A DNA stretch of 24,000 bases from Methanosarcina horonobensis HB-1 = JCM 15518 (GTDB lineage Archaea > Halobacteriota > Methanosarcinia > Methanosarcinales > Methanosarcinaceae): the NCBI RefSeq assembly GCF_000970285.1, contig NZ_CP009516.1, forward strand, positions 761,036-785,035, written 5' to 3'. Both the position numbers and the translations under genes were made by a program. Below are positions 14,330-22,929 of this stretch, piece after piece. The notes beneath the pieces were generated by a model. The model was not told the origin of the DNA. It did no database searches and saw nothing but the letters and a program-made list of their open reading frames with translations. Every line of letters begins with the position of its first letter. The first letter of the stretch is position 1.

Positions 14330-14845
14330 ATGAGGTGGGATTACTTGATAGGAATTGTTTCGGATTCGCACGATAACCTGGCAGCTATTCGGAAGGCTGT
14401 GGAGTTCTTTAATAGAAAACAGGTAAAAGCAGTGCTCCATGCAGGAGATATTATCTCTCCTTTCATGGTAAGGGCGTTTAAAGAACTAAAGCCAAAACTG
14501 TATTTTGTCTTCGGGAACAACGATGGGGACAGAGTAACCCTCACAAAAAGGTTTGAAGAAATAGGTGCTATTTCTTGTGGAGATTTTGGAGACCTGACAA
14601 TTGACGGGCTGCATATTGCCCTCCTGCACGGGACAGATGAGTCACTGGTCAAAGCCCTTGCAAGGTCAGGGGATTTTGATGTTGTAGTCAGGGGCCATAC
14701 TCATGACCCTGGTGTCCGGATCCTCGAAGGCACCCCTATTATAAATCCGGGGGAATGCTCGGGGGTACTTACCGGAAAGTGCACAATTGCGGTTCTTGAG
14801 ATTGCAAACCTGAATGTTGAAATTACAGAACTTGAGCTTGACTGA
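14330..14845 (+). CDS. MJ0936/YfcE-family metallophosphodiesterase
   Basis: 171 aa. Metallophosphoesterase motifs in order: SDSHDN, HAGDI, GNNDGD, LLHG, GHTH. An alternative TTG start lies at 14345, after the SD-like gaggtggg. Confidence 0.85.
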   Translation: MRWDYLIGIVSDSHDNLAAIRKAVEFFNRKQVKAVLHAGDIISPFMVRAFKELKPKLYFVFGNNDGDRVTLTKRFEEIGAISCGDFGDLTIDGLHIALLHGTDESLVKALARSGDFDVVVRGHTHDPGVRILEGTPIINPGECSGVLTGKCTIAVLEIANLNVEITELELD

Positions 14846-15709
14846 CAGCTTCCTTTACCCTTTTATTTTATCTTTTTTTGAACCGGCGTTCCGTATTGAC
14901 TGGCTGGCAGTAAAATCGCTCCCCTGCCTGTCTTAGGTCCGCCGAAATAGAAATGTGAGTTTATCTCCATCATGATCGCATTTTTAAAAGCAATTTTTTC
15001 AGTAATCTTTCACGTTGCTTTTATCTTCTTTTTCGGGAATACTAATAGAATTGAAAGGAAAGGAGCAAAAAAATCTCTAGACAGAAAGAACTCTTTCAGG
15101 ATAGGACCAAAGAAACTGAAGATCCTTCCAGAGAAAGGACAAGCACCATAATTTTTGACTGTTCTGATTTATCAAGTACAGGAAAGCTCACCATGCAGGC
15201 AACATCAACCCTGGAGTTCAGACAGCCTGACCTTTACAGGGCTACACCTGCTCTAAAGGGGACCGGCGCTGTCGAAGATGAATTCTCAGAAGGTTTTAGA
15301 ACCTGGCTCTTGACGGTTGTACAGACAGATTTGCTACAAAAAGCTTGGCGAGGCAGGGATTCAGGCTGAAGTTTATCTTATGGTTACTGAATTCGGTATT
15401 GAAAAAACAGAACCATCAGGTATGAGACCAGAGTATATCGAAAGAATTATCTGGGTTATAAAGGAAGCCTGAATTCAATTTGTTATCCAGTTTTATTTTC
15501 CTACTTCTCTTGTTGTTTTTCTACTTTTCTCTTTTATTGTCTTTCTATAAGGCTATTAACTGAGTTTAAAAGTACTTGAAAATTCGACTTTTCTTCGGAA
15601 ACCTTAAATTATTTACAATGTATTATTGCTAATTACAGACTTCGTAATTATTTTTATTATGTACTTCCCGTTTATAGTGCCAGAAAACTAAAGATTGGAG
15701 GACACATCA

Positions 15710-18700
15710 ATGAAAACTAAGAAAAATCTATACTCAATGTTTTTAGCTTCAACAGCTGTTGTTTTATGTTTAATCACTGTTTCATCCTCGGCTTCAGCAG
15801 CTTTTTCCACAAGTGGTAGTGTTGAAATCCGTGGCCCTGTGTATAACGCTTCTGATATCGATTATGTTATCGATACACAGGGTGACGGTGAAACCACTAC
15901 AATAGACGCCACTCAATTTGCAGCTTTTTACTATGACCATAATAACAATATTGCAACTGAATCTCTCTCCATTAAAGATGTTGAAGGTACTACTATTGGA
16001 GAATACGGTTTAGTCTATCAAACAAAGATACAGAATACTAGTTACAAGTTTGAGTCATGGGGTGAATATCCTATTATCGGTCTATTTGGAGAACCATATG
16101 TCCCGCTCAAACCTGCTGACCCTAGCAAGTTTGCTAAGCTCATTCTTGACAATAATGACACATACACTCTCGGGAACAGCGATTTGCTTGACTTCGGTCA
16201 AGGCTACACTCTTGAAGTTAAACAGATCGATATTGAAGGTGATAGAGTATGGCTCGAATTCGATAAAGACGGGGAATATGTAGATGACCAGATCATAGCA
16301 ACTGATTCTGGCAGTGGCACATGGACTTGTAAGCTTGATAATATCCAGGACGAAAATAATGTTTCTGTCCTGAGAGTTCATGTCAAAAAGATCTTTCAAG
16401 ATACAGTAAACAGCGTTACTGAGATCGATGGTCTTTGGCTCATTGACTACGCAAATGCCGTAGATATCCAGAGCTCTGATGAGTTCAGCAAAATCAACAA
16501 TGTTTCCATAAATGGAAAAGTGATTTCTGAGAACGATCTTAAATATAATATCACCATCGAAAATGTTAACTATAGCTATTCAGATTCAGCTGATGGCTGG
16601 GATACATATCCTGTTGTCAGTTTGTTTGGAAATAAATATGTCCCACTCAAACCTGCTGACGTTGGTAAACTTGCCAAGCTTGTTCTTGACAGCAATAACA
16701 CGTATACAGTCAACACCGGCGATATAATTGACCTAGGTGAAGGTTATACTCTCAGAGTTAAACGGGTGGACATTGACGGTGAGAATGTCTGGCTTGAACT
16801 CAATAAAGATGGAGTATATGTGGATGATCAGATATTTGGAATTGATTTTGGCTATAATGATGGCACTTGGACTTGTAAACTTGATGATATCCAAGGTGAA
16901 AACAACGTTCCTGTCTTGAAAGTCCATGTCAGGTATTTTCCCCAAGGTTCAATCAATGGCGTTATCAAGATCGATGGCCTCTGGCTCATTGACTATGCAA
17001 ACGCTGTTGATATTTATAGTTCTAATGAATTCGGCAAACTCAATAATGTTTCCATTGACGGCGCCACACTTTGTATCTCAAATAAATATGCTTTCACTCT
17101 GACCAGGGACTCTGAGCAGGAAATTGCTAAAGGAATATACTTTAAGGTTGCTGACACTCCTGTTAGTTTACTCAGGTTCTATTCATTTAAACAGATTACA
17201 GATCTAGGAGCCTACGAGATCAGAGGACAGGTTGCATCTGGTGCCAATGATCAAAATTGGGATGCAAGAAATTTTGCAGGATTCTACTACGACTTCGATA
17301 ATAATGTTGCTACAGAATCCCTGAGTGTTTCTAATATAAGCGGAAACGTTATCGGAAAGAATGGTCTAGTCTACAATACCTCTGTTACAGAAACTGCCTA
17401 CCAATACGAAAATGCGTATAATGTGTATAGTAATTGGGGCACGTATAATGTTATCTGCCTCTTTGGGGAACAATATGTCCCGCTAAAGCCCACTGATGCT
17501 AGCAAGCTCTTTAAGCTCATTCTTGACAGCAATAACAGGTATACTCTCAAGACCGGCGATGTGCTTTACCTCGGTGCAGGCTATACTCTTGAAGTTAAGC
17601 AGATCGATGTTGACGGTGAGAAAATATGGCTCGAATTCGATAAAGATGGACAATATGTGGATGATAGAGTTGTCTCAGTTATGGGCGACTACAACATCTT
17701 GGAAATCAAACTTGACAATATCCAGGGTGAAAACGATGTTACTGTCCTGAAAGTCCATTTCAAGAGGCTCTTCCAAGATACAGTTAACAATATTGCTGAA
17801 ATCGATGGCCTTTGGCTCATTGACTACGCAAACATTTTGAATATTGAACCTGGCAATGAATTCGGTGAACTCAATAACATTAAAATTAACGGTAATACCC
17901 TTACCATCTCTAATGATAATGATTTCACTCTAACTAGGGGTTCTGATGTGGAAATTACTGAGGGATTTTATTTCAAAGTTGCTAACTCATCAGCCGCCGA
18001 GCTCAGGTATTATCCATTTATTAAGAAGATTGTCTTGGAGAATAGCAGTAAAGTAACTCCCGTAACTGATTTTTGCACAAATGTCACTAGCGGTTATGCT
18101 CCTCTTTCTGTGCAGTTTACAGACCATTCGCAAAATGCGATAGCATGGGACTGGAACTTTGGAGATGGAAGTCTCTCAATCGAACATAATCCCGTACACA
18201 CCTTTACTGCAGATGGAACCTATACTGTCAACTTGGTAGCAAGCAACGAAAATGGAACTGCTTCAAAAACGGCTACAATTACTGTATGGAAGGAGAGTTT
18301 CAGCAGAAGTAGCAGTGGTGGAAGTGGTGGTGGAAGAGTTTCTCCCGAGCCTGTAAAGAATGTGAAAGCAAAGGAACTCTCCCAAGTGTTTATTACAAAT
18401 GGAAATCCTGTAAAGTTTGATTTCACAAAGAATGCAACTTCTATTGTATATTTGAGCTTTAATTCAAAGAAAACTGTCGGTAAGACAACAGCCTTTATTG
18501 AAATGCTGAAAAATAAGTCTACTCTTACCCCGGATGCACCTGCAGGTGAGGTCTATAACTTCCTCAATATATGGGTTGGAAATAGTGGATATGCAACCTC
18601 AAATTATATCGAAAATGCGACTGTATGTTTCAAGGTTGAAAAATCTTGGATGTGGGATAAAGGTATTGATCAGTCTTCAATAGTCCTGAACAGGTACAAT

Positions 18701-19012
18701 GACACGAAATGGAATAAACTTCCAACCACTCTGCTACGGGAAGATGACAATCATTTGTACTTCATAGCAGAAACTCAAGGATTTTCACCGTTTGCAATAA
18801 CGGGTAAGACGACACCAAAGAAAATCGACACTGAAATAAAGTCTCAAACTGAAGACATTAAAGAAAATACCGCAAGTGCAGTTTCAGATATCGAACAGAA
18901 ACCTGTGGACGAAGAAAACACAAGCATTTTTGGAACTGCCCATGCTCCTGGATTTGAAATGATCTACGGAGTTGCTGGACTGCTTGCTGTGTTTCTGCAT
19001 AAAAGAAAATAA
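15710..19012 (+). CDS. S-layer-family surface glycoprotein: signal peptide, DUF1608 (S-layer duplication domain) repeats, PKD domain, PGF-pre-PGF domain, PGF-CTERM sorting signal
   Basis: ATG 15710 lies 8 nt after SD ggagg (15697-15701), so the listed TTG at 15695 is probably not the start. Signal peptide is MKTKKNLYSMFLASTAVVLCLITVSSSASA. There are three copies of the ...LFGE-YVPLKP...GYTLEVKQID-DG--WLEFDKDG-YVDD...IDGLWLIDYAN... module. PKD motif is APLSVQFTDHS...WDWNFGDG...HTFTADGTYTVNLVASN. A Gly/Ser linker follows, then EPVKNV...FSPFAITGK (the pre-PGF type). The C-terminal is PGF (18947-18955) + EMIYGVAGLLAVFL + HKRK. N-x-S/T sequons are numerous. Confidence 0.9.
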   Translation: MKTKKNLYSMFLASTAVVLCLITVSSSASAAFSTSGSVEIRGPVYNASDIDYVIDTQGDGETTTIDATQFAAFYYDHNNNIATESLSIKDVEGTTIGEYGLVYQTKIQNTSYKFESWGEYPIIGLFGEPYVPLKPADPSKFAKLILDNNDTYTLGNSDLLDFGQGYTLEVKQIDIEGDRVWLEFDKDGEYVDDQIIATDSGSGTWTCKLDNIQDENNVSVLRVHVKKIFQDTVNSVTEIDGLWLIDYANAVDIQSSDEFSKINNVSINGKVISENDLKYNITIENVNYSYSDSADGWDTYPVVSLFGNKYVPLKPADVGKLAKLVLDSNNTYTVNTGDIIDLGEGYTLRVKRVDIDGENVWLELNKDGVYVDDQIFGIDFGYNDGTWTCKLDDIQGENNVPVLKVHVRYFPQGSINGVIKIDGLWLIDYANAVDIYSSNEFGKLNNVSIDGATLCISNKYAFTLTRDSEQEIAKGIYFKVADTPVSLLRFYSFKQITDLGAYEIRGQVASGANDQNWDARNFAGFYYDFDNNVATESLSVSNISGNVIGKNGLVYNTSVTETAYQYENAYNVYSNWGTYNVICLFGEQYVPLKPTDASKLFKLILDSNNRYTLKTGDVLYLGAGYTLEVKQIDVDGEKIWLEFDKDGQYVDDRVVSVMGDYNILEIKLDNIQGENDVTVLKVHFKRLFQDTVNNIAEIDGLWLIDYANILNIEPGNEFGELNNIKINGNTLTISNDNDFTLTRGSDVEITEGFYFKVANSSAAELRYYPFIKKIVLENSSKVTPVTDFCTNVTSGYAPLSVQFTDHSQNAIAWDWNFGDGSLSIEHNPVHTFTADGTYTVNLVASNENGTASKTATITVWKESFSRSSSGGSGGGRVSPEPVKNVKAKELSQVFITNGNPVKFDFTKNATSIVYLSFNSKKTVGKTTAFIEMLKNKSTLTPDAPAGEVYNFLNIWVGNSGYATSNYIENATVCFKVEKSWMWDKGIDQSSIVLNRYNDTKWNKLPTTLLREDDNHLYFIAETQGFSPFAITGKTTPKKIDTEIKSQTEDIKENTASAVSDIEQKPVDEENTSIFGTAHAPGFEMIYGVAGLLAVFLHKRK
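16010..17062 (+). repeat. Internal ~525-540-bp tandem duplication within the first DUF1608 unit of the S-layer-family gene
   Basis: Copy 1 is 16010-16516 (LVYQTKIQNTSYKFESWGEYP...INNVSING). Copy 2 is 16538-17062 (LKYNITIENVNYSYSDSADGWDTYP...LNNVSIDG). The DNA is locally very similar, for example tatgtcccgctcaaacctgctgac against tatgtcccactcaaacctgctgac at a 540-nt offset. Confidence 0.8.
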
Positions 19013-19169
19013 TACAGGGTAGCTAAATTGGATTTACGAGTTAATCCCAAAACCAATTTTTCTCTTATCCGTAAATTTTTTGAACATTTCTCACGACTAG
19101 GAGTTCTATTGATTGCTTAGAATGTTGAGATTTAAAGAGATAATCTTGAATTTTGGGATCAGCTTACCC

Positions 19170-19871
19170 TCAATAACCTCTTCTTAGAATACCTGTCAAT
19201 TCCTCTGCGTGAGGCATCTGTTCTTCGATCTTTTTGCAGACTGCATCAATATCATAATTCAGACGTAACTGCTCGACTTCCCCATTTCCAGTATCGAAAA
19301 CCGCACAGCCTGCCCGGATGTCCCCATCTCTTGGCTGCCCTACGGAGCCCGGATTTATAATTGTAAGGTCACTGAATTTCCTGTTCATGGGAATGTGAGA
19401 GTGCCCGACTACGAGAAACTCAGCTTCCACGGGCTCTGTTGCCTCATCTATCATGCTCTTGATTTCTTCATCCGGGGTTTCCGGTTTTATATATTCGAAC
19501 ATGGAGCGTGGACTTGCATGGGTAAAATAAAGCTTTTTCCCGTCGATTTCCTCTCTTATCAGGAGCGGGAGTTTCTTCAGGTATTCCATATGCAGTTCAT
19601 TGAGGACTTCCCATGTGTATTCTCGCGTTGCAATCGAGAGATGTTTATACTTGTATCCGCACTGGCAGTCCACCTTAAAAGCAACGGCATTGTCATGGTT
19701 GCCTCTAATGGTTGGAATGCTCCTTTTTTGCAGGAACTCGATGCATTTGTCCGGGTCAGGCCCGTAGTCCACTATATCTCCCAGGCAGATCGCCCGGTCA
19801 TGAGGAACATCAAAAACTGTCTGGAGGGCTTCAAAGTTTGCGTGGATATCAGCTATCAGCAGTATTTTCAT
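19170..19871 (-). CDS. Calcineurin-like metallophosphoesterase family protein
   Basis: 233 aa. Motifs ADIHAN, LGDIVDYGP, RGNHD, THASP, VGHSH, NPGSVGQPRDG. Confidence 0.85.
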   Translation of the reverse strand: MKILLIADIHANFEALQTVFDVPHDRAICLGDIVDYGPDPDKCIEFLQKRSIPTIRGNHDNAVAFKVDCQCGYKYKHLSIATREYTWEVLNELHMEYLKKLPLLIREEIDGKKLYFTHASPRSMFEYIKPETPDEEIKSMIDEATEPVEAEFLVVGHSHIPMNRKFSDLTIINPGSVGQPRDGDIRAGCAVFDTGNGEVEQLRLNYDIDAVCKKIEEQMPHAEELTGILRRGY

Positions 19872-20089
19872 GTTTTTTTCTCCGTTCTAATAATGGATTT
19901 TATTTTCTATTTAGTTAAACGGCTTTATACTATATATTTCTATAACTATATCTTTCAAAAATTAAAATACCCTGATCTTAGAAAATATTCGGGTCTGCTG
20001 ATCCCTAACTACTGATTCTAAGCTGTCGATCTTCAAACAGGACCGAAAAGGGACTAAGAAAGAAAAAGGGCCTGAAGTCAGAATTTGCT

Positions 20090-22018
20090 TCAGGAAGGTA
20101 ACCCTCGCATCCCTACTCCCATTACAAGTAGATTTGTTTCCATAGGAGGATGGTTCCAGCCGTCAGGCGAAATTGTCTTTTTCTCGATAGAAACTTCAAC
20201 CTGGTTTCCGCTGAGGCCACAGTCTTTCATATAATCCGTAACAAGCTTTTTTCCAATTTCGATTGCGGCGCTCAGGGCTTCTGTGTATACATCGAATCTC
20301 AGTCTGCTGCCTGGGACAAAAACCAGGAAATCCTTGTCAGGAGACATCAGGCTTGCAGGCCTGATCAGAATCTCCACTCTTTTAATGCCTTTTCCTGCAA
20401 GAGCTCCTACTGCATTTCCTACTTCTGCGTGCTCGGGAACAAGAATTTCAGCATCTATGAATTCTTCGAGTTCCTTCCTGTGAGCTCTTACAGGGCCTCC
20501 TAGCAGGACAACAGGGATTTCGAGCTTGAACTTCGCGGGGTAGTTTCCGTCCAGGATTTTTTCAACGGCTGTATACGGCACTCCCTGCAGGATGTATGAG
20601 AGGAGGTGAAGTGCCATATTCCTCGCAACCCTCTTTTTTACGGCGGTGCAGAACTCCCCGGGTGTCATTCGCATGAGCCTCGCAAGCCTTTCTGCCCCTA
20701 TACGGGAAGCTTCTTCGTTCCAGGCTGTATACTCGTCGAGCACATGCAGAGCATCGGTTGGCGTAAAGCCGATTGCCTGAACGAGGCGCTTTTTGATAAG
20801 GGAATCCAGTGTCTGAGGGTGAAGGTCCTTTCTGATAAGAGCTTTGATCTCATGCACGGAAACAGGCTCGTCTCCGATTACTTCAAGAACTTCTGTTTCA
20901 GCTTTGCTCAGCTCGCCTGCATTGTAGCCTGACCTGACAAAAAATTTCGTGGGCTGGATATTTTCTCCCAGATCTTCTCTTGCAGGCATGGGTGTCCTTT
21001 TGAGGTTATTCAAAAAATCCGGATACTGGACTGCAGCTACCGCGAGAGGTATAACTCGTCGCGGCCCGAGGAAGAGCTCCCTGCCCACGATCCAAACATG
21101 GCTGTCTCCGCCTGTAGCTGTTGTTTCCATCCTGATTGCCCGGACCCTTGTCTTCCAGCCGCCCACAACTGCCCCTTCATCGCTGAGGTCAGGGACTCCC
21201 ATGCAGATTGAGGAGATATCCGTACTTGTCCCCCCGACATCCACAACTGCGCAGGTTTGTAGCCCCGAAAGGTAAGAGGCTCCTACAAGACTTGCTGCAG
21301 GGCCTGAAAAGATTGTTTCTATTGGTTTTTGAAGGGCATCCCTTATCCCAATTACCGAACCGTCGCATTTTAGCATAAGTAGCCTTGCATTAATTCCTCT
21401 TTCTGTCATATCTGCAATAATGGACTTCACAAACTGCCTGGTTATGGGAATTAACTGGGCATTAAGAAAAGCTGTTATTGCCCTTTCATAAGCTCCAAGT
21501 TGCTGTGATAGCTCATGCCCGCAAACCGCAGGCAGCCCGGTAAGCTTCAGTATGGAGTCTCTTACTTTAAGTTCGTGTTCAGGGTTGCGTGTGCTGAAAT
21601 AGGAGGATATGGCAAAAGCCGATACTTTATCCTTTACGTTCAGAGCAAATTTCTCAATAGATTCCAGGTCAAGAGAAGACACTTCTTCTCCATTGTGGTT
21701 ATGTCCTCCTCTTGCAAAGAGCACATGCCCTGTCGGCAGTTCTTTTTCAAGAGGATGGTCCCCTATGAGGATCAGGGCTACGGGAAACCCGTTTCCTTCA
21801 AGTATTGTATTTGTGGACAGTGTGGTGGAGACTGACACCAACTTTATGTTTTCGAGGTATTCCTTATTAAGCCCATCAATTACCTTTTTGATGCCGGCAA
21901 GTGGGTCAGGATAGGTAGTCAGGGCTTTGTTTGAGTCTACAATTTCCCCGTCCGAATCCCTTATAATCACTGCATCGGTGTAAGTGCCTCCAGCATCAAT
22001 CCCAAGGCTATAGTGCAT
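20090..22018 (-). CDS. Hydantoinase/oxoprolinase-family (ASKHA-fold ATPase) protein
   Basis: 642 aa. N-terminal GIDAGGTYTDAVII, then the second phosphate motif VVDVGGTSTDIS and GGDS. Substrate unknown. Confidence 0.8.
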   Translation of the reverse strand: MHYSLGIDAGGTYTDAVIIRDSDGEIVDSNKALTTYPDPLAGIKKVIDGLNKEYLENIKLVSVSTTLSTNTILEGNGFPVALILIGDHPLEKELPTGHVLFARGGHNHNGEEVSSLDLESIEKFALNVKDKVSAFAISSYFSTRNPEHELKVRDSILKLTGLPAVCGHELSQQLGAYERAITAFLNAQLIPITRQFVKSIIADMTERGINARLLMLKCDGSVIGIRDALQKPIETIFSGPAASLVGASYLSGLQTCAVVDVGGTSTDISSICMGVPDLSDEGAVVGGWKTRVRAIRMETTATGGDSHVWIVGRELFLGPRRVIPLAVAAVQYPDFLNNLKRTPMPAREDLGENIQPTKFFVRSGYNAGELSKAETEVLEVIGDEPVSVHEIKALIRKDLHPQTLDSLIKKRLVQAIGFTPTDALHVLDEYTAWNEEASRIGAERLARLMRMTPGEFCTAVKKRVARNMALHLLSYILQGVPYTAVEKILDGNYPAKFKLEIPVVLLGGPVRAHRKELEEFIDAEILVPEHAEVGNAVGALAGKGIKRVEILIRPASLMSPDKDFLVFVPGSRLRFDVYTEALSAAIEIGKKLVTDYMKDCGLSGNQVEVSIEKKTISPDGWNHPPMETNLLVMGVGMRGLPS

Positions 22019-22753
22019 ATTGAAAATAGCTCCTTTTTGTGTTTGTTTTTGTTTTTGTTTTTTGGCTGTTTTTGATTTATCGCAATCTGGTACTCAGTTA
22101 CAATAATCTGCCTATGTTAAAATTAATATGGTTTAGGTATGCCGAACATCAGATAAAAGGAATTGCTTATCACTGTGAACATTAAATCACAGATCGAAAG
22201 CTGTTTTTTGTCGATTTTGTCTTTTCCCTACAAACCTCAGTTAAATTCGGGTTAAGCTGAATTGTCAGATAAAATCGGCTCGGATATAGCTTGGGTTACT
22301 TTAGTGAAAAAACATTAACTACTTCTGAAACTATTAATAAAATTCCTGAAAGAAGGCGAACTCGAAAACCTGACTTTGTTTCTTCTTTCCATTTACATCC
22401 AGGTCCTCAATACTGGATAGCTTTCTATTACTTAACATTGCATCTAATTGGTCCCTACTTTATGATGGATCAGGAGATCATTGTCAGGGGGCGGCGTCAG
22501 GGAAATAAAGCATGTTTATTCGTAAAGGGGTGAAAAGATTAATTCAAGATTTGTTAGCTTATTGTTCCTCTTGTTCAAAATAGTCGGCGATCAGGCGATC
22601 AGACCAGAAACGACGGAAAGGTACCGGAACATCTCTTTGCGGGAGATGCGTGAAATTATCCAGGAAAGTAAATAAACTACAGAGAATGCCAAAAAACTTT
22701 TCTTATTTTTATTAATTTTTCCCATCCATTTTTTTATTAATTTAGAATCAAAA

Positions 22754-22869
22754 TCCATTAAAAACAGAAATTCCATTAAAGCAGAAATTGAAACTTTTGC
22801 ATTTATTCATAACGTATTTTTTTTACAGAAATTGCAAAACTCATCGTGATGAAAAGAAAATTGAAACTT
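22754..22869. repeat. Cluster of short direct repeats upstream of the epoxide-hydrolase pseudogene
   Basis: tccattaaaaacagaaat (22754-22771) and tccattaaagcagaaat (22772-22788) are tandem. cagaaattg recurs at about 22818. The exact 12-mer aaattgaaactt occurs at 22785-22796 and 22858-22869. Confidence 0.7.
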
Positions 22870-22929
22870 ATTATTCAAGGCCTTGAATATGTTTTCTGGA
22901 AATGGATTGTAAAAGGGGGTGAGGGGTAA

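Noticed and set aside
15695-15709. TTG start (MEDTS...) for the S-layer-family gene as given in the ORF track
   Set aside because: The GGAGG at 15697-15701 is positioned as the SD for the ATG at 15710. That ATG begins a textbook signal peptide (MKTKKN... + hydrophobic core + ASA).
19395-20015. 206-aa + strand ORF
   Set aside because: It is antisense to the metallophosphoesterase gene, which has the full motif series D-x-H, GD, GNHD, GH. No independent support exists.
22291-22776. 80-aa (+) and 61-aa (-) ORFs in the hydantoinase/epoxide-hydrolase intergenic region
   Set aside because: The region is AT-rich and low in complexity. One ORF uses a non-ATG start, and neither has an SD or a motif. 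An alternative minus frame (LFTFLDNFTHLPQRDVPVPFRRFWSDRLIADYFEQEEQ*) looks slightly more protein-like, but I could not tie it to any family.
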